Assembly (NCBI RefSeq): GCF_009914755.1 | Contig: NC_060925.1 | Direction: 5' to 3' (one strand) | DNA from: the human T2T-CHM13v2.0 reference genome, Homo sapiens | DNA length: 64,000 nt | Part shown: positions 32,555 to 56,550 of the stretch, piece after piece | How the letters are laid out: the number at the start of each line of letters is the position of its first letter | Position numbering within the stretch: position 1 is the stretch's first letter | Position numbers and translations under genes: made by a program | Notes under the pieces: generated by a model | The model's database searches: none | What the model was told of the DNA's origin: nothing | The model's input: only the letters and a program-made list of their open reading frames with translations

Positions 32555-32865
32555 AAAAGGCTTTTTTTTTTTAAGAGCAGCTTTAGGTTCACAGCAAAAT
32601 TGAGTAAGTACAGAGATTTCTCATATACCTTTTTCCCTCACACCTGCACAGCTTTCCCATTATCAATATCCCCCACCAGAGTGGTACATTTGTTACAATC
32701 AATGAACCAACATTGAGGCATCATTATTACGCAAACATAGTTTATACCAGTGTTCACTCTTGGTGTTGTACATTCTGTGGGTTTGGACAAATGTAACAGG
32801 TATCCACCTGTATAGCATCATACACAGTAGTTTCACTGCCCTAAAAGTCCTCTGTGTTTCACCTT
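32555..32865 (-). mobile_element. L1MC/MD 3' end
   Basis: agagcagctttaggttcacagcaaaattgag...gtagtttcactgccctaaaa. Confidence 0.9.
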
Positions 32866-33164
32866 TCTTGTGTTCTTAAAAATCCAAATGAACCTCTCAC
32901 TGTTATCCTGCTCAAGAAAAAAACAGGGCAAAGTTCCAATGAATCTAAAATGATATCTAGCTTTCAATTTCAAAGAGCTGTTGAATAAGATTAATGAGTG
33001 AATAAACTTAGTTTTCCTTTCGTTACTCAGGGAAAAAGTCTGGTATTTAAGGCTATTTGTAGTTAGACTCAAATTTCCTCCCTCTAACCTTCTCTGCACC
33101 AGCCTATCTTAGCTAAATTGATGCTGCTTCAGCACATTTTATTCTTCCATGTCCCTTTATTTTC

Positions 33165-33781
<617 letters not shown>

Positions 33782-34175
33782 TGGCTTCCTTTATGCTTCT
33801 TTAGACTACTTCTCACCTGAATGCTCTCCATTCTTCCCTCCTCCCCACTCATTTATCTTTTAAGAGCCCGTTGTGTCCAGCCTCACCTAGGAAGCTGCTA
33901 CTGATTCCTCCAATCCACAGTGATGCCCCTCCCTGTGTTCTCTGAACTCTCACTGTTCCATCATTTGGTTCCAGTTTATAAACTAGTTTTTACTGCTAGT
34001 TAAATTTTCATATGTGTAAGTCTTGTTTCTCCAGCTGAATTGTAAACATCTAAAACACAGGGGCTCTGTTCTCCTCTCAAAGGAGGTCACAGTTTCATGC
34101 AAAGAGATGTAGATCACTAAATTCTTGGCACTTTTGACTAAATGGCATCTACCTGAGTCCATGGTATTTCTACTA

Positions 34176-34639
<464 letters not shown>

Positions 34640-35042
34640 GGTAGATAAGCACAGGAGACCATGAAGACCATCCCTTTATGCTTCAGCTGAACTCGAACAG
34701 AGCCGAAAAGCTGGATCACATCAATTCACTATGGCTAATCCAGACTTATCTCCAAAGAAAGCTTCCCAACTGAGATCTAAACACACTAATTCTAGCTTCA
34801 CTAGGTGATTAAATGACCTACAGCTACCCAGGCTAGCCTTCCCTCAACAACACATCCAGCTGGTTTACCATGTTCTACAAACAGATTATTGGAACTGTAT
34901 ATGGAGGACAAATGATCAGCACTAGGGCAAATTTCCTCTGACACCAACCTGCCCTGACAAGCTTTAATGAAAGCCGGCTCTTGGTTGTTCTAGAAAATAA
35001 GTACTTTTACACTATTTTTGTACAAACAAATATATATATATA

Positions 35043-35323
35043 TTTTAGATGGAGTTTCGCTCTTGTTGCACAGGCTGGAGTGCAGTGGCACAATCTCGGC
35101 AACCTCCACCTTCCAGGTTCAAGCGATTCTCCTGCCTCACCCTCCTGAGTAGCTGGGATTACAGGCATCCGCCACCACACCCAGCTAATTTTTTTGTATT
35201 TTTAGTAGAGACAGGTTATCGTCATGTTGGCCAGGCCGGTCTTGAACTCCTGGCCTCAGGTGATCCGCCCACCTTGGCCTCCCAAAATGTTGGGATTACA
35301 GGCGTGAGCCACCGCAACATGCC
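35043..35323 (-). mobile_element. AluS
   Basis: Antisense dimer; TSD acaaatat. Confidence 0.92.
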
Positions 35324-35829
35324 ACAAATATATTTTTGGTATAATCTCTCATGAAGCTCTATAGATGTGGAAACAATTGTAACATAAAAGGATTCAATTG
35401 AGGAAGGTGTTTGTTTAATGAGGAGAACCTGTCTTGGTTGACATAAGGCCACTTTCTGCTTAAAAGCTATTTTAGTGCAGTTGTGAGAAACCCCCTCTTC
35501 TTGTTCAAGCCCATTCCTTAGAAGAAAAGAAAATATGATTGGTGATCATTAGCCAGTTTTATTTTATTTACTAAGATAGGATTTATAGCTTTCAAGTAAA
35601 ACTAAACTCCTGTGCACTACCCACAATTACCTTGTGACGGAGAATAAGGATGCCAAGCTTCACTGTAAAAGCTGGACTCTTTCAAGACAGTGAAAATTCC
35701 TGGACACCACTGGCTCTAATGACTGAAAAGAGATGTCTAAATCACAGTTCATTACTGAATATAACAGTTGCATAACAGAAGGTAGCGTTTGAAAAATAAA
35801 TTATCATAAAACAACAGAAAAAGGAAGAT

Positions 35830-35945
35830 TGGGGCACATGTTCTCAGGATCTCCTGAGGGCTGTGTCATGGGCCATCGTCACTCATATTTGGCTTGGAAT
35901 AAATTTCTTCAAATATTTTACAGAGTTTGACTCTTTTCATAGACA
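35830..35945 (+). mobile_element. MER4-group ERV1 LTR, 3' end only
   Basis: gggcacatgttctcaggatctcctgagg...ctcatatttggct...aataaa...ttcaaatattttacagagtttgactcttttcatagaca. Confidence 0.8.
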
Positions 35946-36554
35946 ACTTTAATAATCATTAGTAAAGATAATTTTGTTATTAATAAAATTTTTTAAATCT
36001 TCAAAACTTAATGTAGACATTTAGTCACTTTATTAGTCAGATAGGTCAAGTACTGTATTTACTAAATATTTTAAGGCCATAAACTATTACTTCTGTAATA
36101 TTTCTAATAATTGTTTGGCTTGTTTATGAACTTATATTTTAGAGCCATTCGATTTTAGGCTCTAAACCAGGGGTGTCCAATCTTTTGGCTTCCCTGGGCC
36201 ACACTGGAAGAAGAATTGTCTTGAGCCACACATAAAATACACTAACGATAGGTGATGAGCTAAAAAAAGAAAAAAAATTTGCAAAAAAACTCATAAAATT
36301 TTAAGAAAGTTTATGAATTTGTGTTGGGCCGCATTCAAAGCCATCCTGGGCCGCATGTGGCACATGCTCTAAACACATGGCTGTGATAAGGCCTGGGGAC
36401 ATATAAGATCTTACCTGGCCCAGCTGTTCCTCCTGGCTGTACTAAAAAAAGTCTGATATTATCTCTACAGCTTTGTTCTTTGTCCTGGGCTCCACATCTA
36501 ATAGATAATCACAATTACTTACTTCCTAGGTTTTCGCTAAAAATAAGGATTACT
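35946..36554 (+). mobile_element. Probable MER4-group ERV1 internal fragment
   Basis: AT-rich; ends cttacttcctaggttttcgctaaaaataaggattact, resembling MER4-group internal sequence. Confidence 0.45.
36168..36366. mobile_element. MER30 (hAT-Charlie MITE)
   Basis: caggggtgtccaatcttttggcttccctgggccac; 8-bp TSD ctctaaac at 36160-36167 and 36367-36374. Confidence 0.92.
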
Positions 36555-37320
<766 letters not shown>

Positions 37321-37526
37321 TTAGCAGAAAACCAAACACATATGATGATAATAAGTTCCTCGGATCTGATGAAATAGAAGAAAATAGAAATGACAGAAAA
37401 TGAAATCAAATAAAATATTTAAATTTCTGGATAATAAAAAGTTCAAGATTAGAAGAAAATCAGATAAATCTCAAAACAAGGAGTGTTATCAATATCTCAT
37501 CTTAATGTTTAAGAATAATAAATGTC

Positions 37527-38006
<480 letters not shown>

Positions 38007-38019
38007 GAGTAACAAATAA

Positions 38020-39090
<1,071 letters not shown>

Positions 39091-39268
39091 ACCCTGCCTT
39101 ACTTTAAATTTAAATAGCTAATGGCTATCGTATTGGACAGTACACATTTAAAGAATTTTTATTCATTGCTAGATTGAGTACTTGTTATCTTTTCACACTT
39201 GAGCTTCTCATCTCCAGAACTAAAAAAATTATCTTTATTAAACATATACATATTAAAACAACCTCACT

Positions 39269-39917
<649 letters not shown>

Positions 39918-39979
39918 GGTAGGACTTATCTGTCATACCCATTACTCACAGCACTTGGCACAGTGATAAACACACCAGA

Positions 39980-40817
<838 letters not shown>

Positions 40818-40844
40818 TTCTGTTTATAAAAAGAAAAAAAAATT

Positions 40845-41415
<571 letters not shown>

Positions 41416-41527
41416 GTGCCCTGTGAAAAAACATGTTTTGAAGTATTTCACTGCTAGTATTAATTGATGCATCACTGAAATACGGCTCCTTAGTTGCCTA
41501 GTTAGCATCAAAGTAATATAAAATGAC

Positions 41528-41841
<314 letters not shown>

Positions 41842-42084
41842 AGAAAAGTGACTTTATAGTCAAGAGATGCAGGAAAACCTAGACATTTTCTCACACATCT
41901 ACCGCAATGCCTTTTGCAGGAGTTAAAGAATAATTCCCACTTTTTAAAAGTCAAGGGTACAACACATGAGTTGTCATTATGATTTTAGTCTGTAGGCAAA
42001 GCTATGAAGGCAGATTTTTACTGGGTACAGACTGCTGGGGATGGCCGACCAAGTCAGTGTACTCTTTATAATATTGTTATTATT

Positions 42085-43300
<1,216 letters not shown>

Positions 43301-43450
43301 TTCTGAAAAGCACAACATTTGAGAGAGAATGGGGGACAGAGGAAGCTGAAAGCAGAGATAAAGCTTGACCTACCCTCAATTTCCTCAGAATTTTGTTTAG
43401 GACAGAATTTTTAGCTATGATTTATTCCCTCAGGGTCAGCCCTAAGATAG

Positions 43451-43807
<357 letters not shown>

Positions 43808-43849
43808 TTATATTTTTTATTAATAACAGTGTTTTTGCTGGTGGAAGTA

Positions 43850-44090
43850 TTGGTTGAGTATCTCTTACCTGAAATGCTTGGGACCAGGAGTGTTTCAAAA
43901 TTTTTGGATTTATTTCAGATTTTGGAATATTTGCATTATATACTTACTAGTTAAGCATTCCTAATCTGAAAATCTGAAATCCAAAATTCTCCAATGAGCA
44001 TTTCCTTTGAGTGTCAAGTTGGCACTTACAAAGTTTCGGATTTTGGAGCATTTCGGATTTTTTATTTTTGGATTACAGATGCTCAACCTA
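43850..44090. mobile_element. Tigger4a/MER46A MITE
   Basis: ggttgagtatctcttacctgaaatgcttgggaccag...gatgctcaaccta, TA flanks. Confidence 0.9.
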
Positions 44091-44326
44091 TAGCAGTAAA
44101 TGACCCAAAGGAGAAGATTCTAATTCCATTTCTCAACCCATAGTCCCCCAAGCAGATACAGCAGGAAAAAGACAAAATGAACTAAATGTTTAAGTAGCAA
44201 ACATATAGTCATTTCAGTTGGGGATGGAAATTCCATGTGTAGGAAGCTTAACTGAAGCAAAGTTGAAGGTAGCAGTTCATAACACACTCTTTACTACTGT
44301 AACTGCTCAACTTCATATAATAATAA

Positions 44327-44683
<357 letters not shown>

Positions 44684-44794
44684 TTCATTTTTATTTTCTA
44701 CCCCTAAACATGAAATCCACCCTGAAGTGTTTAAGACAATCAGGTGAATTCATTCATCTGCTCTAAATTTTTCACTTAAAATCATACCAATTTT

Positions 44795-45097
44795 GGCCAG
44801 GTGTGATGGCTCATGCCTGTAATCCCAGCACTTTGAGAGGCTGAGGCAGGAGGATCACTTGAGCCCAGGACTTCAAGACCAGTCTAGGCAACATAGTGAC
44901 ACCCCATCTCTACAAAAAAATTAAAAATTAGCTGAGCATGATGGTGCTGCCTATGGTTTCAGCTACTCAGAGGGCTGAGGTGGGAGGATCACTTGAGCCG
45001 AGGAAGTCGAGGCTGCAGTGAGCCATGATCTCGCCACTGCACTCCAGCCTGAGTGACAAACTGGGAACTTGTCTGAAAAAACAAAACAAACAAAAAC
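44795..45097 (+). mobile_element. AluJ
   Basis: Dimer, J-type. Confidence 0.92.
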
Positions 45098-46899
45098 CCA
45101 GGTTTTCCCAAACCACAAATGAGATCAGTTCAAATTTCAGCACAACTGTGTATGAGGTGCTATGCATTCAAGAGGCTGCAAAGAATTACAAGCCATGGAC
45201 CCTTTGCTCCTGAAATTCACAAATAGCACAGGCTTTCTTAAGGAATTCAATTTTAAATATACAAGAATAAATAAGAATACAAAAGAATAACAAAATGGCA
45301 CATTATATACTTAATTGCTAGATGAGAGGCACAGACAATAAAGTTGACAAAACAGTAATGAAGTATATTAAATAATTTAATCAAAAGCAGCTCATGTATT
45401 TGTGAATCAGAGATTTAGCTCTGAAAACAATTACTGGGGAAAAGCCTCATGACTCAGAGAGTAAAGTCAGGTTTGAAACCAATAGACTGTGGCTTTTGCT
45501 AACTTCTAGATGGTGCCGAACCTATCACTTAGTCTCACTGTGTTTCTATTTCTTGATCTGAAGACTGAGCTCAGTAGGTTAAGCCAGCCTATATAGACAC
45601 TGAAAAATAATTTATGTATTAGAAAGACAGAAAAAGGCTTTTCTAACATTAAAGAAAAAAATTGACACTATGCCATGAGTTCAAGTGATTCAAAACAGGA
45701 TGCGGAAATTAAACTCCATGAAAAAATAAAAATTAGTAACTATGAAAGACCCCAAACTGGCTACTATGTTAGCCACTGTGCCCAGCCGACTGATAGCGTT
45801 TCATAAAGCAATCCAAGTAAGAGTCAGTTCACTACTCCAATGAGATAATCCTTTTATTTTACATTAAATCTTTTTAAAATTAGTTAAGCACCCAGGCATT
45901 ATCTAGATTGTAGAGCTTACTAGAAAGCTACTTTTTTTTCTTCTGATTGTCACTCAATTAAAAAAATGGAAGAGAAAATTCATTGAAGTAATTATGAATC
46001 TAAGTAGGCAGGGTTTCGGTTACTCTCTTTAGTCCTTTCTATCACTTGAGAAAATAATGTATCCTTTGTAGCTTGTAACTTTCTCAAGGACCTCTAGTAA
46101 GGGTCCTGGAAATAGGTACCTAACATCAAATGATGCCTTAATAGACACCAGTATTGAGACAGATTGAGATTTTCCTCAATGAGTACAAGGAATTGCTACA
46201 ATTTAACTTTATTTTCAGCCAAACCGACTTAGGAATGCATTATGTTTTTCAGGGACACTGGAATGTCAACTCAACAGTGTTATCTGACATAGTCAGGTCA
46301 AGGCAAATTATCTGCTTGGTCTAGGGGCATCCTAACCATCAACTCCCAGGTCCTTAATAACTGAGTTCAACTGAGTCCTTTTCTTGTTTCCTCTAAGCAA
46401 CCAGTGGAAGCCTATATAATTCTCATCTTATAAAAGAATTCATTTAAAGGCGGTTTGAAAGTTAATGGTTAAACCCATTGTTTGTGGTTCCATGAATATA
46501 GGTCACAATAGTAACAAGCCTTTAGACAGAAAGTACATAAAGAGGTAGTGAACAGTTCAGGACCTTATTACAACATGTCTATCAAGCCCAAAGGGGCAAA
46601 CAATGTGTCTGATTGATTTTTTTTTAAAGGGGGGAATCTCACAGACAGCTCAGCTCTCATTATTCCACTAGCCTCTAAACCTTGCCCCAAATTAAGACTG
46701 GAAGTTGAAGCAAAAGCTTTCTTGATTCAACTCCCCAGGACAAAAGTCACAGTTACATTCAAGGTTCTCATCCTTCCTCCCATAGGTTCAGCTGCTTGAG
46801 ATCTAGAAATGTCGATGTGTAAATTATCCCAAGGATGGGTAGACTTAGGGAGAATAAAACAAGACCCACCTACTGTGCCCCCAGCAACACAATTCTATA

Positions 46900-47810
<911 letters not shown>

Positions 47811-47953
47811 ATATATTTTAAAAGAGATTAAATCCTCTCAAGTTTACTCATTTTAATCATATTTTAAATTTTAAATCATATTTAAAATTTTTATTTATTT
47901 TTTCAGTTAACCATTAATCAAAGGGAATCATTCACATTTAAAGAAAGAGTATA

Positions 47954-48260
<307 letters not shown>

Positions 48261-48618
48261 AGAATCAGTGTAACAAATATTTAGATAGGGATATGTTCAT
48301 AGGACTAGATGCAAGTTATATTTTTAAATATAGTAGACTGATCACTCAGCTTATGCTCCGACTAGCTGTGTCTAAACCAGCCCAGCCTGCGAGATGTTCA
48401 TCGAATGCACAGTTACTGAGCACCTCTTGTATGACACATACTGAATGTAGTCCTAAGGATAGGAAGAGCAAGGGTTAGTTATGTGGTTATGTGGGAGACA
48501 ACAATATGATGATACAAGCCACTATTGTATTACCAATGGGCTTCAGAGAATCCAAATGGCTGGTATTGAGTGACTTTAGATGTAATATTAGTTTGGGAAA
48601 TAAAATTACAGCATCAGG

Positions 48619-48959
48619 ATCAGGCGTGGTGGTTTGAGCCTGTAATCCCAGCACTTTGGGAAGCCAAGGTGGGAGAATCACTTGATCCCGGAAGTTCAAG
48701 GCCAGCCTGAGCAACATAGTGAGACCCCATATGTACAAAAAACACCAAAATTAGCTGAGTGTGGTGGTGCACGCCTGTAGTCCCAAGTACTCTGGAGGCT
48801 AAGGTAGGAGGATTGCTCGAGCTGGGAGGTTGAAGCTGCAGTGAGCCAAGATCGCACCACTGCACTCAAACCTGGGTGACAGAGCAAGACCCTGTCTCAA
48901 AATCAAATAAATAAGTCTGGGCAAAAAAGCGAGACTCCGTCTAAAAAAAAAAAAAAAAT
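48619..48959 (+). mobile_element. AluJ plus a short second Alu 3'-end fragment (48915-48959)
   Basis: Dimer, then gtctgggcaaaaaagcgagactccgtct plus poly(A). Confidence 0.9.
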
Positions 48960-49121
48960 ATTCTTCAAACACAGAGATCCTTACTGTGATGCTTTGTGGT
49001 GGTGATAAACTATAAGGATTGATGGTCAGGTGAGGGTAATGCTCTCAAAGATGCTCCTGTGGCATGAGTGCATCTTGGTTTCCATTTTGCTTACAGCACC
49101 TTGCACAAATTAGAGTACTTG

Positions 49122-49528
<407 letters not shown>

Positions 49529-49632
49529 CTATCTTTCTTGGATTTCACCTTCTCTCTCTTGCTTACTTTTGGCACTAAAATATCACAAGGCTACCAAATG
49601 CTATCATTAAAAACAAAAACAAAAAAAAAGCT

Positions 49633-50578
<946 letters not shown>

Positions 50579-50804
50579 TCAGGGAGCTATTGATATTTTG
50601 TCAAAAATATGAGAGAATAGTAGAGAGATTTAAAAAAATTGAGGACTTTTTTTTGGCCTGGATTATACTTTCTAGCCTTTCGTTTTAAAATAAATCAGAA
50701 ATAATAATTTTATGAGCAATTTTAATTAAGCCTAATACACTTTTCTGTTTCTAAAATTACAAGAATGCTTTGATCTTAAAAAATTTTATACTACTATACC
50801 TATT

Positions 50805-51442
<638 letters not shown>

Positions 51443-51597
51443 CTATGCCCATTTTTCTAAAATGCTAGGGTTTTTCTTTTTATGCACAATGGTATTTTTA
51501 GTAGAGACGGTGGCTTAAAAATTCTGGATATTTTATCTGTCAGTTTTTTGACTACTCAGTTCAAAATCAAGATATTGTAGAGATTGAAACCCAGGCA

Positions 51598-51890
51598 GGC
51601 TGGGAGCAGTGGCTCATGCTTGTAATCCTAGGACTTTGGGAGGCTGAGATGGGGGGATCACTTGAGCCCAGGAGTTCGAGACTAGCCTGGGCAACATGGT
51701 AAAACCTCGTCTCTATAAAAAAAAATGCAAAAACTAGCCAGTCATGGTGGCACACACCTGTAGTCCCAGCTACTCAGGAGACAGAGGTGGGAGGATTCAT
51801 TGAGCCCAGGAGATCAAGGCTGTATGCAGTGAGCCATGTTCTTGCCACTGCACTCTGGCCTGGGCAACACAGTCTCAAGGAAAAGAAAGG
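51598..51890 (+). mobile_element. AluJ
   Basis: Dimer. Confidence 0.9.
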
Positions 51891-52006
51891 AAGAAAGAAA
51901 TAAATAAAAGAAAAAAGGAAGGAAGGAAGGGAGGGACGGAGGGAGGGAGGGAGGAAGGAAGGAAGGAAGGAAGGAGGGAAGGAAGGAAGGAAGGGAAAAG
52001 AAAAAA
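51878..52006. repeat. Polypurine (GGAA)n/(GGGA)n microsatellite in an Alu tail
   Basis: GGAA runs of 3, 5 and 4 units plus GGGA units. Confidence 0.93.
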
Positions 52007-53744
52007 CCACAGGCAGCTGGATGTGCCATGTGATGGGCTTTCTTTCTCTTCTGGACAGGCAACAAAAATTGGGACCAACTTGGCCATATCTCAGGGAGAA
52101 AATGGGCCTTGTTGTTAGCCAGTCCCAAATGCCAAAAGATTCATTCAGGTCCTGAAGACATAGGGCAGGTACAATGGTCTTCTCTTTTCTGTGGTTTCTC
52201 TTAACAATAGAAAAAGAAAAAGAAGAAATCTTAAACCTGGTGCAACTAAATGGAAAACCTTGCAAATCTCCTGATAAAACGATTTGGGGACTCTGGGACG
52301 ATGAAGGTCTCTTTAACAAATCATAGTGGACTTTCCCAAAAGCCTGATACTCAGCAATATCTTGAACAAGATTTTAGAAGATTTGAGGCAGAGATACAAA
52401 CATGTTTCCACTAAGAGAAACATTGAGCTGTTTAAATGTGTTGTTGCTGCAAGAGAATTTTGTTTTAATGTGACAGTTTTGGCAAAAAAGATTTGATGGG
52501 AGTTGTTTGCTCTTTGAAAGCCATTAGGGGAGAATCTACACCTGCTGGTTTTCAGAGATGAAATGGCAAGAAATAACCAAGTTCTTAACATTAAGCCAGT
52601 GTAAAAACTCAGCCAAATCAATTTCAGGGTACGAGCTTTTCCTGCAGTATGGTGAAGGCAAGCCTTCTCCGGGAGGTGACGCCTTTGGAGAGGCCTACCC
52701 AGATGCCGGGGCAGAGATAGCTGAGGATGGCCATTCCCCTGTGAGGTCATCACCCACTCAATCTCAGCTCTGTTGTTGATTTGTTACTCTGACTTTTACA
52801 ACATCACCACTCATGCCTGAGTTTTTCTACTCATTAAGTGGAGGTAATAATATTTGTCTTTTCTGCCTAGTACAATGAGGAGTATAAGCAAATGGAAGGG
52901 AGGTTTTGAAATCCTGGCAATCTAAAGGATGTTCTTCAGGCTCCCTAGAACACATCTGAGTAGAAAATGTGTAAAATATACATAAACCAAATCAAGTCAT
53001 CCAGAGCAACATTAGGTAAGATTTTCATTCCCAAATTAAAAATAGAAAAGAAAAGCAATGATAAAAATTAAACACTAGCTATTTTGCAAAGTTATAAAAC
53101 TGTAAAATTCCAAGAGAGTATATTAAATGTTTTTAACACATGTATGTGGGGAGTCACATGCTAGCCATAGAGACAGATCTTAAGGTAAGCCAAGAAGAGG
53201 AAAATATTTAATGTAGATTACAAGAGCTATAAAGAAAAATTCTCTAAAGTTATGAAGCATAAAACATTTTATTTTGGATGTAGAAAAGTATTAAATATTC
53301 CATAAAGGGCTTTAGAATCATTTTTCTCTATTATCCTTTCAGAGATCTGATAAGGCAGATTTATAATTGCAATCAGTTACACATGAGGTAACTGAAGTTG
53401 AATAGAGGAAAAAATATCATTGTGAAAAGAATTCAAACAAGCTTTTCAATTCTATTTCTCAGTCTCTGGGTATAACAAATGAAATTTACTTTCAAGCTTG
53501 CCAATTTATTGCAAATTCAAATAAGAGACTAGATATTTAGAACCCGGTTTAGAAATGATTTTAAACACTATTTTTTAAAGAAGCTTCACTTGAAGCACAT
53601 TATATGTAATGAAGTATTTTGAAAGTGTTAACACAATAGCAATTACCATAAAACTTTAAAAGTTGTCAGCACAATAGGTCTCTTGTGCCTCTTAGTGACT
53701 TTAGGACTAACACAGATCATTATAGCAATTCAAAATTGTCCAAC

Positions 53745-54058
<314 letters not shown>

Positions 54059-54377
54059 CTAGAACAATGACAGCTATCAAACTGAGGATTAAGATGAGGT
54101 ACAAAGTACTTTGAATCCCTAAATTGGGCCAACTTTTGATAATGCTTTTACTGATGTCAGATAAGATGCATACAAAACACCTCATTTGTTATCAAACTAC
54201 TTTGAAACCCACTCTTTAGGAAAATAATTTTAGTCTCCTAAGTCGTTTCACATGTGCAAGCATTTCCTGCAGACTGGTTGCCTTTCGCCTTCCACTTTTA
54301 CACTTAGACGAATCTCACATGCCTTCACTGATCAAATAATTAACGGATGGGTACTTTCTATAGAAAATATAACTTCA

Positions 54378-55014
<637 letters not shown>

Positions 55015-55449
55015 TCAGTGTTTGTAGATGAGAGATACATGTATAGCCCAGAGTACATGAGGATGCCTACTATGCTTTGCCAACCACACCTACTTCTCAC
55101 AAGCTGAGGCCAAATCTGTGAAGTCAGTGACACTCTCCAAGACTCTAAAAAAAAATCCCAGTATACACTGTCCTCCGTCACCAGCCCACTCTCTATATTT
55201 CATTTTATGCTTTATCAACTTGATATCAAGACAAGAACTGCAAAATGGTCTTTACCAAAATTGTCTTTTCCACAATTCTTCCCAAGCAAATATTAGGGTT
55301 TTTTTTTTTTCCTATTAAAACATATGTAGGTTTAAAATAAATAAACGATTGCTTAAATCAATTTCAATCAATAGTTTTCTGGCTCTAGTAAAAAAAACGT
55401 TCACCTTAGGATACATAAGTAGTGTGCAAACAATGGGGAGAAAGTAATG

Positions 55450-55640
55450 ACTAACATTCACTGATACTATGTGCTAGGCTTTTGATAAAATTAACTCGCT
55501 TGATCCTCACAACTCTAGGACATAGGTACAATTACTATCCTTATTTTGCAAAGAAATTGAGGCACGGAGCAGTTAAGTAACTTGCCCAAGGTCATCCAAC
55601 AAAGCTTAGCTTAAATCAATGCAGCAGCCCTCCAGAGCCA
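55450..55640 (-). mobile_element. MIR
   Basis: gatcctcacaac...attttgcaaagaaattgaggcacggagcagttaagtaacttgcccaaggtca. Confidence 0.8.
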
Positions 55641-55824
55641 GCCTCCTGAACCCAGGCACTATTTGTACACACACAGAGAGAGAGAGAGAGTTCTTCAACT
55701 CCAAACTAGCACTCTCTTTTCTGTTTGATACTGGGAATGTAACTTCTTTGTGGACATGCAGGGGACAATGTGATCTAAACACACAAAACACAAGTAGAGA
55801 CAAAGTTAATTAATATATACTATA

Positions 55825-56140
55825 GGGCTGAGTGCAGTGGCTCATGCCTATAATCCCAGCACTTCGAGAGGCCGAGGCAGGAAGATCTCTTGAGCCCAGG
55901 AAGTAGCGACTGCAGTGAGTTATGACTACACCACTGCACTCCAGGCTGGGTGATGGAGTGAGACCCCTGTCTCTAAAAAGATATAGATATAGGGCTGAGC
56001 ATCATGGTTCACGCCTAAATACCAGCATTTTGGGAGGCCAAGATGGGAGGACTGCTTGAGGTCAGGAGTTCAAGACCAGCCTGGTCAACATAGCAAGAGC
56101 CCCATCTCTAAAAAAATTAAATTAAATTAAATTAAAATAC
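55825..56140 (+). mobile_element. Monomer-length Alu (55825-55980) and FLAM (55993-56140)
   Basis: Two monomers, each preceded by tatagggctgag. Confidence 0.85.
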
Positions 56141-56389
56141 AGACATAGATATAGAATAGCCCCAGCATTTCCTTGGTCATGAGGAACTGGCCATTTTCTC
56201 CTAGAGCAAATGTGTTTGGTTCCTTGACAGATTCCCTCATAATCTCTCCTTACTACACAGTCTTAGATTATTGAGAAGAAAACACCAGAGGGGGTGTTTA
56301 CAGTCCAGTGCTCTGATTAAAGATGGGTTTATATGGTTATATGCTAATGACATATGGATGACACATCACAGCTGATGGGTCGTAATGGA

Positions 56390-56550
56390 GCACTCAGAAC
56401 TTCGGCATCTCATTTAATCATCACCACCATCCGTCCAGTGAGCTCAGCATTATTATACTTGGTGTACAGACAGGCCATATTGTCCAGTACACAGAAAAAC
56501 TGGGATTCCTATCTTCTACCTCCAAAGTGGGTTCTTCCCCTCACCACGGG
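56390..56550 (-). mobile_element. Diverged MIR-like element
   Basis: atctcatttaatcatcaccaccatcc...gcattattat resembles the antisense MIR core. Confidence 0.5.

Noticed and set aside
51774-52753. 146-aa and 181-aa minus-strand ORFs in partly unique DNA
   Set aside because: No recognisable domain, non-ATG starts, different frames; the longer one runs into a microsatellite and an Alu
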